Notes: generated from the letters alone by a model not told the origin. A stretch of DNA of 64,000 nt from Ruditapes philippinarum (GCF_026571515.1 NW_026856555.1:62001-126000), one strand, 5' to 3'; positions 24,919 through 37,109 are shown, counted from the first letter of the stretch. Numbers and translations: made by a program.

Positions 24919-25643
24919 GTAAGTTTTATTGTTGTTTTTATTAATATTATTGATTAAGATGAAGTTTAGTAGATAAAGTACGGGTCATGAAGGTATGTTG
25001 TCATAGATATATTGTTAAGTATTATTGTAAGGAGATATTCGTATTTATTTTAATTATTTTTGTATTTTTTTTAAATAATTAATGATAATATCAAGGCGAA
25101 AATTTGGGGATGGGGTGGGCGAGGGGTAAACGTTTTGTTTTGTTAATACACATGTATGATCTGTAACGTCATGTTGCTGGGTGTAAGATGAGGAATCACT
25201 TACTTAGATATCAAATAAATCCCTTTTCATAATATCAACACAATGTATATTTAAAAACTATTTGGAAGGAAAGTTTATTTATTTTGACGTTTTCTTTATA
25301 AGCGTGGGTTGAATAGTATCAGGATAGGTTTGGGCGTTACCTAACGGGTTATTCGCTTTAAATTGTCATGGCAACTTCTGCCAATAAATTACCTGAAATG
25401 TGGTTGGTTGGGACGAATGGTCGTGAACCAAATATTACGGAAAGGCAGTCTCGATCTCAGAAATCTAAGGTCTATAAATTAAACGCTGTCCTATTGACTT
25501 TTTCGCAGAGCATGTAAAGAAAGAAAATAGGATAAAAATTTTAAACGTATTATCTAAAATAGTATAACAATTGATATTTTTGTTGATAGTTATCTATTTT
25601 GTATTTCTTCAGGAATGTAAGGAATATAATAGCAACGACAGAC

Positions 25644-27980
25644 ATGTTTACAATTGTAAATTATCCTCAAGTTCATTATCATCGGAGGGACGCCTCGGAG
25701 CCTCGTCCTGAGATTATCAACCATCGGAATGATCCAGACAGTAAAAGATGGTCCGAGAAGTTGCGGAATGAAGAGACAACTTATAAACATCTGAAACAGC
25801 ACCGCGATGAACTTCTAGAATCAGAGATAAGATATAAAAAGACCATTAAACAATTGGAGAAAGAAAAGGCAGAGCTTATCAAAATTTATGAACCTACATA
25901 TGATGAAAATAAAGTACTGAAAAGTATTATAGAGCACGGACCGGATGCTGTTAAGATGAAAAAGTTACGTAAGGCCAGGAAAGAGTTGGGTGAAGAAGTA
26001 GATACACTAAAAGATGAAAATAAAAGGTTAACAGAGCAAATGCAAGAGCTGATAAAGAAAAATGAACCCATGAGAGATAACTTATTAGAAAAGAATTGGC
26101 ACGATGTCCTTTCCGAAAGTAAGAAAACGAAAGAAAATGAAACTGTAGTCGCACAGGGACCTTTTCCCGCAAAAGATAATGAAAAGGGTAAGAAAGTCCC
26201 GGAAAAGAAAAATATGAAGGAAGACGACGAGTATGATTTACAATTAGATACTGTCGAAAAAGAAATTCAGATATTGTTAAACAATGTGAAATATATAAAG
26301 AAACAGAAAGAAAAACTGGATTATGCTATCTTGATGAGTAAAGGTGCGATCGTCAGAAACTCTGTTCTAGAGAAAGCAATATATGACAAACTAGATGAAG
26401 ATTTAACAAAATTTAAAACCGAATTGGATATTGCGAAAAGTAAACACGATGATATAAAGGAACAAATTGAACAAAAAGAGGAAGATAAGGCCAAACTTAA
26501 AACAGATCCTGTAATTAATTCTGATAATAAAACAGGAAGTGAAAAAACGATGGTTTTAGATCAACCTGAAACGTACACAACAAGAGAAACACAAACGGAA
26601 ACTTTAACTGAACAGAAACCTGTTGAAACAGACCAACATAAAGTAAAGAAAAAGCGAACAATAAAATCAAATTCAAATATTGCTGTACAGACCGATTTCC
26701 CAAACGTTTTAGATTTAAAGAGCATAAACCAAGAAGCTATGAAATATATAGAACAGTATGAAATCAAGAAATCCAAAATACATGAAGCTAAATTTAGTAT
26801 GTCAGAGAAAGTGTCTTCAACTCAAACGCGTAAAAACTATGCAAAGAAATTGGTAGTTAGGCGACAAGAAAGTCCAATGATGGATCGGACGTCAAATGAT
26901 AGTATGAAACAAATAAATAAGGTATTTCTTAATAGAGTAGATCAACCTCGCAAGAAAGTTCAGATGCCAACTAACGCACAGAAGAGAATGGACGAGGCTT
27001 TATATGCGAGGGAAGAAGAGAATGTGGACATAGTCGACAGGTCAGCAAACAAGGAGAAGAAAAGAAGTAAGTCACTTGCTGCAACTGGTGGTGATAGCGC
27101 TAACAGAGTTGTGAAACAAATTAACAGTCAAGGGAAAATCAAAGATAAACAGCAGCTACCGACTAAAGACGTAAGCCATACAGAAGAAACAGTTCCAATG
27201 AAATCAAATCAGAAACTAAGTAAAATGAACAGAAATACGCATGTTGAACATTTGCCTAGACTTAGAAATACAAACATGTCCTATGCACAATCAAATTTTC
27301 AAAAATCCAAGATTGAACCAAAGAGTGTTGATCAGTTGAAGAGGGAACAGGATATCTATGATTATGAAAACATGATTATGAACCCAAAAGCAAATGTTGC
27401 GAATCCAGCAGGAAGACTGCAAAAACCTAAACTCGATCGAAACCGGCTTGGTAATATAAAACAGTCAAGATTTAAATCAAAAAGTAGTTTAGATATCAAT
27501 CAAGCATCGACACATTCTAGAGCATCTGCTAGGAAACATAGGCTACCTGTTACTTTACCACCTATAGATAGGATTTCAATAAGGTCAGGATCTGTAGACT
27601 CGTGGAAAAGCGAAAGCGACTTACCCGTCTTCTCAGAGAGTGAAACTGGTTCAATCAAACCGATAAAAGATTTCAAATTAGTCATCAAAAAGAAGAAGAA
27701 TTTAATGCATTTAAGAGGTGTGCTTGACGGAGAGGTTATTGAGAAACGAGACGAAAGTGCGTATGATGAGGTGCTGCATGATCTGCACAACCAACAAAAG
27801 CAGTCTGCAAGGGATGTTTATCAAGAATTTAATAACACGGTGCATAATTTTCGCGATAAAAAATATAACGCTAATGAGAAGCAAAAACATACGAAGAAAA
27901 GACACGAACCTCCTTCAGATATCATAGAACAGGCACCATTAACATTTATAGAAAGACCATCTTTGGAAAGGGAATTATAG
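25644..27980 (+). CDS. Uncharacterised coiled-coil protein, cluster member CC1 (778 aa)
   Basis: Long ORF; first in-frame ATG lies after acceptor tatttcttcag| (25612); N-terminal ~270 aa align with CC2/CC3; low-complexity tail; AATAAA at 28001. Confidence 0.9.
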   Translation: MFTIVNYPQVHYHRRDASEPRPEIINHRNDPDSKRWSEKLRNEETTYKHLKQHRDELLESEIRYKKTIKQLEKEKAELIKIYEPTYDENKVLKSIIEHGPDAVKMKKLRKARKELGEEVDTLKDENKRLTEQMQELIKKNEPMRDNLLEKNWHDVLSESKKTKENETVVAQGPFPAKDNEKGKKVPEKKNMKEDDEYDLQLDTVEKEIQILLNNVKYIKKQKEKLDYAILMSKGAIVRNSVLEKAIYDKLDEDLTKFKTELDIAKSKHDDIKEQIEQKEEDKAKLKTDPVINSDNKTGSEKTMVLDQPETYTTRETQTETLTEQKPVETDQHKVKKKRTIKSNSNIAVQTDFPNVLDLKSINQEAMKYIEQYEIKKSKIHEAKFSMSEKVSSTQTRKNYAKKLVVRRQESPMMDRTSNDSMKQINKVFLNRVDQPRKKVQMPTNAQKRMDEALYAREEENVDIVDRSANKEKKRSKSLAATGGDSANRVVKQINSQGKIKDKQQLPTKDVSHTEETVPMKSNQKLSKMNRNTHVEHLPRLRNTNMSYAQSNFQKSKIEPKSVDQLKREQDIYDYENMIMNPKANVANPAGRLQKPKLDRNRLGNIKQSRFKSKSSLDINQASTHSRASARKHRLPVTLPPIDRISIRSGSVDSWKSESDLPVFSESETGSIKPIKDFKLVIKKKKNLMHLRGVLDGEVIEKRDESAYDEVLHDLHNQQKQSARDVYQEFNNTVHNFRDKKYNANEKQKHTKKRHEPPSDIIEQAPLTFIERPSLEREL

Positions 27981-28389
27981 TAGAAGTAGAAAAAGACACC
28001 AATAAATTGATAAAACTTTTTTTTTAAGCACCATATAAATCTTGATATTTTATTCAGTAAGTGTGTATGCTACTAATAACACAGCAATTAAAGTGAACGA
28101 ACGCAGTGAAAAAAAAAATATAGTTATAAACTTCCATAACTTCAACACAATGCAAAACAATTCAATGTCATGTAATTTAAAGTGATTTAGTACAAAATAA
28201 TATAATACAATACTTAATATTCAATGTAATACTTGATACTATGTTCTTAAAACTAAATAATCTAGATATTCGTAGACTCACACTATACCAAGGTGTCTTC
28301 ACATATAAATAAAAAGATTCTTTCCCACAAAAGTTTGAGGAGTTCTTCAAAACAAATTTAATTCTATCAAATTGCAAGGTTCGTGGCTT

Positions 28390-28745
28390 TTTTACCAAAA
28401 CATTATTATCATATTTTATCATATATATCATCTGTAATTATGCGCAGTAAAGTTTCGTAATCAAGGCCGATAATATCAGACACTTCCGAAAAGTCAGTCT
28501 TCGGTCGACTTTAAAAGTTCGTTGAATCGACGCCAAAGATGATGTCCTCTTTGTTCTTTCTCGGCCATACCTGTAGTCATCCTCTAGGTCAGTCCTTCCA
28601 TTTATTAGCCTTTTTATGCCATTTAAGTACCAGTGCGCGGCTCATTGAAACATTGCATCTGTTCTTCTTCAACATTTAAAAGTTTCCCTAGGCCTTTGCC
28701 TTAATCCTGAACAAACTGTTTGTCCGCGCGATTTTCAGGTCGTTC
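28390..28745 (-). pseudogene. Decayed mariner-type transposase, N-terminal DNA-binding region
   Basis: Across frameshifts the minus strand reads ENRADKQFVQD*GK / MSRALVLKWHK / R.INGRTDLEDDYRYGR / DRRLTF / EVSDIIGLDYETLLRIITDD. This follows the mariner pattern EQRa.iKF..lGK..SR..VfeWhkRF..GResleDd.RsGRP..DRRlT.reia..gis...Il.edL. Confidence 0.7.
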
Positions 28746-29454
28746 AAGACAATTCATTATGGTTCCATAGACGTTAACAACTGCCTTCTTTAAAATGATG
28801 TTCATTCTGTCAAAGATAACATCAAAATACGTCAAATTCTTACTTGATGTAACGGTGTTTTGAATGAAAATCGAAATGTATAAAGAGGTTATTCTCTGGG
28901 TTTCAATCATTCAGTCAGACGGGACGGTGGCGCGTTACCATGGAATGTAAATACGAATTATGGTTATTTGATAATTCTTTTTGTAGTAATTGTTCCAATA
29001 AACATAGGGAAAAGATAACGGATTGAAACTATGCCAAGAACAAGAAATAATTAAAAATACATGAAAAGTTTACGAATGTAGAGATCAACCCTCGAATACT
29101 TCATACAACTTTATGCAACATCCAATACAATAGATGTCACGTGAATCATTTTTTAGATATTCAGTAAAATCTATGGGGAAAGTGTAAATTTTTCTGACAT
29201 ATATCTGTTATGTAAATATGTATATTAAATAACGTTTAAAACAGTTTATTCTCAACACTATGATATCAATTTTGTTGATTTAAATACATTGTAAAGTTCT
29301 AGAATGATTATTAACGACTTAAAAATGTAACGTGACATTGTCTTTTAAGTTTGTTATTATTCAAATGTATTGTGTATGCATTATGATCAATGCAAAATCA
29401 CATTATGTATGATAACTATAAACAAGTCAAAAATAAAATAATATTCTGTTCTGT

Positions 29455-29720
29455 TCCAATACAATACAATACAATAGAAATCAGTATAAAACAATTCAAT
29501 TTGATAGAAAGGAATACAATGAAATGCAATTTAAAATAATACTAAACATAACGCAACATAATGCAATACCGTATACCTTATCATTCGGTACTACAAAAAA
29601 ATGTAATACATTGTTTTGCAATGGAATGCAATGTAAAAAAATAATGTAAAAGAATACTACTAATGTACAACGCAAAACAATGCAGTATCGTATACCTCAT
29701 ACATTCAATACACTGCTAAA
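29455..29720. repeat. Degenerate (AATAC/AATGC)n pentanucleotide repeat
   Basis: caatacaatacaatacaat core with decayed copies downstream. Confidence 0.65.
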
Positions 29721-30005
29721 TATAGTAAGAGCATTCGACACTAATTATAGACGCTGGATTTTTTTTCGGATGAAAAAAGAAAGAGAGACTTAATGTAAAA
29801 CAAAACTGAAAACACAACACCGTACCACACCACAAAAGTTCAGTATACAACACACATATACGTAACACATGTGTCCACTCCTGTATTAAACAATAGTACG
29901 TTACATAGGCTAGCGAACATTAAACTCATAGCAAAAAAGACTTCTGAAATTTATAATTGATATTTCTACTGTGTAACACGTACAATGCATGTGTATCTCA
30001 TTGCA

Positions 30006-30007
<2 letters not shown>

Positions 30008-30035
<28 letters not shown>
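30008..30035. repeat. (ATTG)n microsatellite
   Basis: Directly visible. Confidence 0.9.
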
Positions 30036-30036
<1 letters not shown>

Positions 30037-31214
30037 ACAAATAAATATAATAAAATGAAACAAATAACACGTTTTCTTTATCTATCTTTTCCTGTTCTTC
30101 TGTCATTGATTGAATTATTACAAGGGAGATCATCAACAGTCGTATGTGCAATCCATTGCACATTTATCTCCCTTTTCCCGATATATTCAAAGCTACAATA
30201 GGATAGCAAATATTAAACTTTTCTTCAATCTTTTATTAGGGGTATTTCTTCCTAATGTATTAAACGGGAATTTTATTATCAATATTATCTTAATTTATTA
30301 TATATATCAGTTATCATTCAACATAAAACATGTCTAGTATAATTAGATATAAAACCCTTGTTATCATTTTATATAAAAATCTTGAACAGGGGTGATGTAG
30401 TTAAGTAGTTTCAAATCCATTTGCTACATTAACTGGTGACATATATAAACCTACATAAAAACAATATATCAAAACTGTTGTTTTCCATTTCGGAATATCT
30501 TTGTTACGTCTTTGTAACTACCCATTACAGAAGACAATGGAATCATGTATGAATATCTATTGGAGAGTATCAAGTTCTGTTACACTTGTGTTAACTGTAA
30601 CAGCATGAAAGCAGATATCGTGTCAATCGAACCATTGAGGCAAATAGTATAATTAGTATGTTAAAACAAATATTCGTTGATTTTAATCGGAAATAAACGC
30701 GAAAAGGTAATCATTATCTTATATGCACATTTTTGTAGTCATGTTTTTATTTTTTATTATGAAATGTTTCTTAAATATAGCATGTTTATAAGCTGACATC
30801 ACTTGTGTTGTATGTTATATGATGACCGACGTTTATTTGAAAACCAAATGAACAAATTCAGATTTGATGTCAAAAATATTCATACTGTTGATACCGTAAA
30901 TGTAAATTGATTTTTTTATGAAAATCTTTCAGAGAAAACTGTTAGTCATCATCCGTTACAGGATTATTTTATAACAAGTTTCTGAATTTTTATTCTGAAG
31001 TGATTACATGTATTTCAGCTCACCTGGTCGTATATACTGCATTATCTTTGAAGAATAAAACAACGCCCTATTTATATTAAATTTAAATGTCAATGGAATA
31101 AAAGAAGTGATCATAGAAAGATTCACTTTGAAGAAACGAAACAGCACGACTTTAAATCTATATAAAGTCAATAATTATTTATATTTTTCAACATTCCAGT
31201 TTAAAGTGTACAAG

Positions 31215-33572
31215 ATGTTCACAGTCGTGCCGAAACCCGAGGCTCCTGATATTGAAGATTACCAGCCTGCTAAAGGGGAACCGGCACCACAAATAATAAA
31301 CCACCGCCAAGAAAATCAAACTCATAAAAAGAAAAAGGCAACATACGAAGATATAAAGGAACAAAGAGATAGTTTACTTGAATCCGAAATGAAGTATATC
31401 AAGAGAATAAAAGAACTTGAAAAAGAGAAAGAAGACCTACTTAAGCTGTACGAACCAACTTACAAAGAAAACAAACAGCTCAAAAGTCATTTGATGCACG
31501 GACCAGAATCACAAAATATAAAAAAGTTAAAACAAGAGAAGAAGAAAATCTTGAGCGAATTAGAAATAGTGAACACAGAAAATGCTGAATTACAAGACAG
31601 AGTAAAGGAACTAGAAAAAATGTTCCTTTCCGAAAAAGATTATTATCGTGAAAAGAAATGGCGGGAAGCAATCGAAAAGGGACGAAAGAGACGCGAAGAA
31701 AAAGATACCTTACTGTCAACACAAGGGCCGTTTGCCTCTTCAAGAAAACCGAATAAGAGAGATTTGAAATCTGTTACTGACGAAGAGTTCGAAAAGCAGG
31801 ATGCTCATGATTTACACATCGACACACTTGAGAAAGAAACACAGATACTTTTGAATAAAATAAGAAGAATGAAGCAAAATAAAGGAAGCATAGATTATGC
31901 TTATTTTATCGGAAAAGGAGCAATTACCAGAAATTCATCAGTAGCTAAGGCCATCAACGAAAAACTAGATAAAGATCTGGAGGAATTCGAAAACCGCCTA
32001 GAAAATTTGAGACAGAAAACTAAACAGCTTAAGGATATTTCTTCAGAGGATTTGGAAGTACCAGTTGAGACAGCACAAATTAAACAAACTGGGAACAAAT
32101 ATTTTCGAACACGACAAACACAAACTAATTTAGTTGATGAACAAATACGAACGAATCCTCCCTCTAACAATAATAATTTAGGTGATAAACAAGGCATATC
32201 AAAGCCGATTGCGGAAACACGAAACATTTCGACAAAGGAGAGCAAGAAAAGACAGTTGATGATTAAAAGAAATACTCCAGATTATGACATAGTTCATGAT
32301 AAATATCATGCATCTGATGATATACGTACATTTACTAGACCTCACGCGAAAGAAGTTACTCATGAATCGTATGAAGATCAAAGTGCAACGAAACAGGGGT
32401 CAAGGAATATAAGACGAACTCCGGATGAAACTGAAGGTTTTGGTTCACCTATTGCGGAACATTGGCGCCATCTAACCATAAAGCTAAATGAAGTGGAAAA
32501 GTTTGGCGGTAAAACACCCTTTGCATACAGAGATAAGACTAAAGGGAGGGCATCTGTTCAGTCAAGTAGTTCAAGAAGACAAGAATCTATGTCTTATGTT
32601 CCGAAAAGAATACCGTCAACTAGACCGAACTCTGAAGAAATCTTGTCTGCCTCAGCAAAGAGTCGCAGAAGTGCAAATTCAGAAATTTCTAAATCTAGTT
32701 CTAGAGATTTATCCCCGCAACTTTCAGCCAATTTAGAATCAATGTCTGACATTGACGAACTAGATTATGAATGTGGTGCTGACGATATGTTGGACACTAA
32801 AAAGGAAATTAATATTGTTGAGTCACTAGAGAAGGCACAAAGAAAAACAACTAATTTGGGCGAAGAAATCCGGTTTATACCAAGGCAACGTAGCTGGGAA
32901 ACGGGGAGAAATGCAAGATGTAATAATGAACAAAATGGAAGATACGCCAACGGTTTTGAACCGATCAGTCGCTATAGGAAAACGAACAAAAAGTCTAATG
33001 ATGCTAAACTTATTGAAGGTGAAACTAAAACCATGATTTCAAATGAAAAAGGTACGTCAGATGATCAAAGTGAGGCAATTAATGAGAGTGGAATAGCAAA
33101 AGATGTAAGGTTTAAGCAGAGGACATATTCTGGTGATAAAATAAAACGAAACACACAGGCGATGCCTTCTGAGCTTAGATTTAAAAATAGAAACACAAGA
33201 GATTCAAAAGTTCCAAGGGCAAAGGGATTGACAGAAGATAATCGAAGACATGCAGGAGAGGCACCGGATGAGGAAATGGTTTCTTCACGAAACATTTCTG
33301 CGTATGACGAAGTGTTAGCCGATGTTTCAAAGCAATACAAAGATCATGAAAGAAGACAAATGTTTCAGTCGAGAGTACAATATAAAAACGAGGATAAAAA
33401 CGATTATGACCGGACGCAACAAACCAGAAATATAAATGATGAACACGGAGTTGATTTGCCTAACTACGGGGTTAAACATGTTGAGAAAACAGTATTTGAA
33501 AAGGGACAAGGAGGCGCGTCTGTAAGCAGTGGAAAATCCCGTGAATACATTTACAATTTAGATCTGTTATGA
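31215..33572 (+). CDS. Uncharacterised coiled-coil protein CC2 (785 aa)
   Basis: ATG 31215 (MFTVVPKP) follows acceptor acattccag| (31199); shares IINHR, RDSLLESE.KY.K.IKELEKEK, HGP, TQGPF, EKETQILLN, IDY...GKG.I.RN and AYDEVL with CC1/CC3; AATAAA at 33585. Confidence 0.9.
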   Translation: MFTVVPKPEAPDIEDYQPAKGEPAPQIINHRQENQTHKKKKATYEDIKEQRDSLLESEMKYIKRIKELEKEKEDLLKLYEPTYKENKQLKSHLMHGPESQNIKKLKQEKKKILSELEIVNTENAELQDRVKELEKMFLSEKDYYREKKWREAIEKGRKRREEKDTLLSTQGPFASSRKPNKRDLKSVTDEEFEKQDAHDLHIDTLEKETQILLNKIRRMKQNKGSIDYAYFIGKGAITRNSSVAKAINEKLDKDLEEFENRLENLRQKTKQLKDISSEDLEVPVETAQIKQTGNKYFRTRQTQTNLVDEQIRTNPPSNNNNLGDKQGISKPIAETRNISTKESKKRQLMIKRNTPDYDIVHDKYHASDDIRTFTRPHAKEVTHESYEDQSATKQGSRNIRRTPDETEGFGSPIAEHWRHLTIKLNEVEKFGGKTPFAYRDKTKGRASVQSSSSRRQESMSYVPKRIPSTRPNSEEILSASAKSRRSANSEISKSSSRDLSPQLSANLESMSDIDELDYECGADDMLDTKKEINIVESLEKAQRKTTNLGEEIRFIPRQRSWETGRNARCNNEQNGRYANGFEPISRYRKTNKKSNDAKLIEGETKTMISNEKGTSDDQSEAINESGIAKDVRFKQRTYSGDKIKRNTQAMPSELRFKNRNTRDSKVPRAKGLTEDNRRHAGEAPDEEMVSSRNISAYDEVLADVSKQYKDHERRQMFQSRVQYKNEDKNDYDRTQQTRNINDEHGVDLPNYGVKHVEKTVFEKGQGGASVSSGKSREYIYNLDLL

Positions 33573-33594
33573 TGACTTCTATTGAATAAAAAAC

Positions 33595-33670
33595 GTGTGA
33601 ATGCGTGCGTGCGTGGGATGATGTGTGTGTGTGTGCGTGCGCGCGGGTGTGCGTGCGTGCGTGTGAGTGT
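33595..33670. repeat. (GT)/(GCGT) microsatellite
   Basis: Directly visible. Confidence 0.9.
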
Positions 33671-35384
33671 TTCAAAATTGTAAATCAATATCAAGAATCA
33701 AACTGGCATACATTTTCCATTTGGTCGAAATCTCAACTATATTTTAAGATTTCTTTTATCAAATTATATATTGTTTCAGCAATTTTTTATATTACAGGGG
33801 AAAAAGAAATAAAATGTAAAAAAAAAATATGTAATCTGTGTATGTTATGTTTTCTTAGATATTTACTCGTTTTGACATGAATTTTAAATTTAAACTTCCA
33901 TTAAATGGTCTTGATTTTCATTTTGTCTGGAATTGGCCGATTCAAGGGATACTATCCTCTAGTCTTCAGAAGATATTTTCACAATTTTAGCATATGAATA
34001 CTCTACGACATGTAAATGTCATCTTTTGGAATGTAATACAACTTTGATATTCGAACAGTTCATTTCAGGTCAAAACTATATTTATAACTTAAAGAAATAT
34101 ACACATATCTGTCATGATTTGTTGATATATTTATTTTAAAAACCAAAAGGCTGAGCAGCCAGTTGGTCAGCGGAATCAACACGCACGCATACAAATTAAC
34201 AAACAAGTTAAAAGGTTTTCCTGTGGGGATAAGTTTAAATGATTTAAAGATATCTGGTGTAAGTGTTTTCTAAAATGTTTGGAAAAAAACACGTTTGTAT
34301 CAAAAATATAGTATCAATAGAAGAAAGTCTTTGGAGTAACCGGTGACTGTCGAAGACCGGAGACCGGAGAGGATCGTTTAGTAGTACACCCCCGTCTTTT
34401 TGAAATTCCTCTTGCTGATACAGACTACAGTTTACATTTAATTCTTTTTTTTTTAATTGGACTTGAATATTCTTTTAGGTAATGATGCTTTATAAATCGC
34501 ACATAACTACGGGCACTTACTATAACGACATGAAAGTATGCATTTTTATGTATCTCCTTGTAGCTACACAAACACTCGCTATGAAATAAGAAATTAAATG
34601 AGCTCTCAGAATATGACATATGTTAAAAGATGCGCTTTGTTGTATTTAAAATTTAACAAAAAGAACTAATTTGCCTGGTAGCGGTAGTCTTGAATTACCA
34701 ATCTCGTTTTAATATAATTAAACAAACAATTTTCTTTTCATTTAAACAATAGCGGTATATCGGATTCCATTCGATCTTCACTTGCGGCATTCTTTTAATA
34801 AAACACAATCATATGGTTGAGTTGTCGCAAAATTTAAATACTCCATTTTAAGATGGGACATTTAAAGAATAACAATAATGACTTAACGCCGGAAAATTTT
34901 TGTTTTGAGAATTGGTAAGACTTTTCAATATTAGTTATATTTTATGCCATAAGACAAAATTTTTCAATCATTTAACAGTAAATACATAAATCATGTCATC
35001 TAACTAAATTACTAACATGCACATGTATTACTGTTTAATGACTTTGGTTAAAGTTCAAAATATTCATGCATCGGACTAATTTATCAGATTTCCCTTATAC
35101 TTAATTTTACTATAGACTAGTAGGGTTTGGGTAATAATTATTTTTGAATAAACATATATATTTATATTCACAATATTGTGAAAAGATTACCGGATAAGTG
35201 GAAAGATTATATTATAGTAGTTACACGAGTAATTAAAAAACGTCTCTATAACAAAACAATAATTACATATGATTGTAAAATCAAAAGTGTGTCACTCACA
35301 TAATATGATTGACGAATATAGTTTTTAAATTATTGTATTTCTAGGTAACTCATCTTCATGTTTACTGAGGTCAATTAAAGAAAC

Positions 35385-37109
35385 ATGTATACGGTGGTAA
35401 ATCGTCCTGAGGTGGAGGAACATGAACGACAACCGGGAGAACCATTACCATTGATAATTGATCATAGGAAGGGAGATAAGTGGAAAAATCGTCACCGAAA
35501 GGAACAACTCCCATACGACACACTGAAAAAACACCGTGATACACTTTTAGAATCAGAAATAAAATACAAGAAGACAATTCGTGAGTTGGAAAAGGAACGG
35601 GATGAACTCGTTGCTACCTACGAGACTGCTTATCAAGAAAACAAACAATTGAAAAGCATTCTTGAACATGGTCCAGATGCAGCGAAGTTAAAGCAGCTAA
35701 ATAAAGATAAAAAAGAGCAAAAAGGTCTGATAGAAAAACTTCAGGAAGAAAACAACGAATTGGGAGAGAGGTTAAAGCGGTTAGAAAAGATTGAAAAACT
35801 AACTGATCCAGGCAATATTATGCTTGAGAGAAATTGGAAGAAAGCGTTGGACAAAGTGAGAAAGATGAGAGAGGAAGAGGAGGCTATTCCAACGCAAGGT
35901 CCATTTGCTGGTGGTAAACTTTTTAAGAAGAAGCGCATTGCAATAGATGATGCCCAGGTAGAACTTGATACCTACGATCTACAATTAGATTCTGTTCAAA
36001 AAGAAACACAAATTCTTTTAAATAAAGTAAAACAACTCAAACGCGAAAAGGAACAAATCGATTATTCGCTGATTATGGGTAAAGGACATGTAGTTAGAAA
36101 TGCTGTTGTTGCAAATGCAATAAGTGAAAAATTAAACAGGGACTTGAATAAATATGCAATACGCCTAGAAAAGCTTAAGCTTAAGCATAAAAGTGCAAAG
36201 ATGTACGTAGAAGATGTGAGAGTTGTCCTTGGACATCCAATCAGAAGGTCATTTGCAAGTCTACCGATAGAGGTCAAATATCTTGAGCCAGTAACGCCGC
36301 TAAAACCCGATTCTGCAAATTTGAACGAAAATGAAAAGAAAGATGATACGCCACCTAAAGAGAAAAAAGTTCCTTGGTCTTTATCTACGAAATTATCGCC
36401 CCCTGAAAACAAAAAGCAGCCTGTACCTGAGAGAGATAACTGGATACCACCAAAGCAGTTTGAAAAACCAGGAACATATACAAAAATCCATCAAAAATCT
36501 GGCCCGCCATTAGATCAAAAAGCTACGCAAAATGTTTCATTGAATTCATCCGATGTCAACGACTCATTAGACAAAGGAGAAACAGTAAACCTTAACTTCC
36601 GAGATGACATGCGAATACAAAAACCAAGGCATAGAATAAAAACTTCAAGCCAAGGAAGTCTCATACGAACAACAAAAGCTCAATCTATGCGTGATTCCTG
36701 GGTCAAAACAAAGGATGCTTCAAACAAAACTGGTGGTCCAAAGACCAACAACAATAATTCAGCTAAGAGAAGAAACAGTTCAAAGACTGTAGATAGTAAT
36801 CTGAGGTTTGATGAGACAAACAACAGAGTTCAGTTGACAGCAAGGACTAATAAAACCTTCCCAAATAACCGACCTGTCTACCGACAACGTAAACCGGAAG
36901 TTAAAGATAATGAGACATACGACGATGTGCTTGAATCGTTAAAAAGTCAGACGTATTCCGTTCGTGAACAAATGGATCAAAATTTTGCATCTCCTGAACC
37001 TATTGACTTTAACGGCGATGGGCGCAATGTGCATCGAGGGGATATGTATACTATGGGGAATACTGGGATAAGAGACAAAAACTTCTTACCGGTGAAATTT
37101 GTTATGTAA
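35385..37109 (+). CDS. Uncharacterised coiled-coil protein CC3 (574 aa)
   Basis: ATG follows acceptor tgtatttctag| (35344); HRDTLLESEIKYKKTIRELEKE, KSILEHGPDA, TQGPF, YDLQLDSVQKETQILLN and TYDDVL align with CC1/CC2. Confidence 0.9.
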   Translation: MYTVVNRPEVEEHERQPGEPLPLIIDHRKGDKWKNRHRKEQLPYDTLKKHRDTLLESEIKYKKTIRELEKERDELVATYETAYQENKQLKSILEHGPDAAKLKQLNKDKKEQKGLIEKLQEENNELGERLKRLEKIEKLTDPGNIMLERNWKKALDKVRKMREEEEAIPTQGPFAGGKLFKKKRIAIDDAQVELDTYDLQLDSVQKETQILLNKVKQLKREKEQIDYSLIMGKGHVVRNAVVANAISEKLNRDLNKYAIRLEKLKLKHKSAKMYVEDVRVVLGHPIRRSFASLPIEVKYLEPVTPLKPDSANLNENEKKDDTPPKEKKVPWSLSTKLSPPENKKQPVPERDNWIPPKQFEKPGTYTKIHQKSGPPLDQKATQNVSLNSSDVNDSLDKGETVNLNFRDDMRIQKPRHRIKTSSQGSLIRTTKAQSMRDSWVKTKDASNKTGGPKTNNNNSAKRRNSSKTVDSNLRFDETNNRVQLTARTNKTFPNNRPVYRQRKPEVKDNETYDDVLESLKSQTYSVREQMDQNFASPEPIDFNGDGRNVHRGDMYTMGNTGIRDKNFLPVKFVM

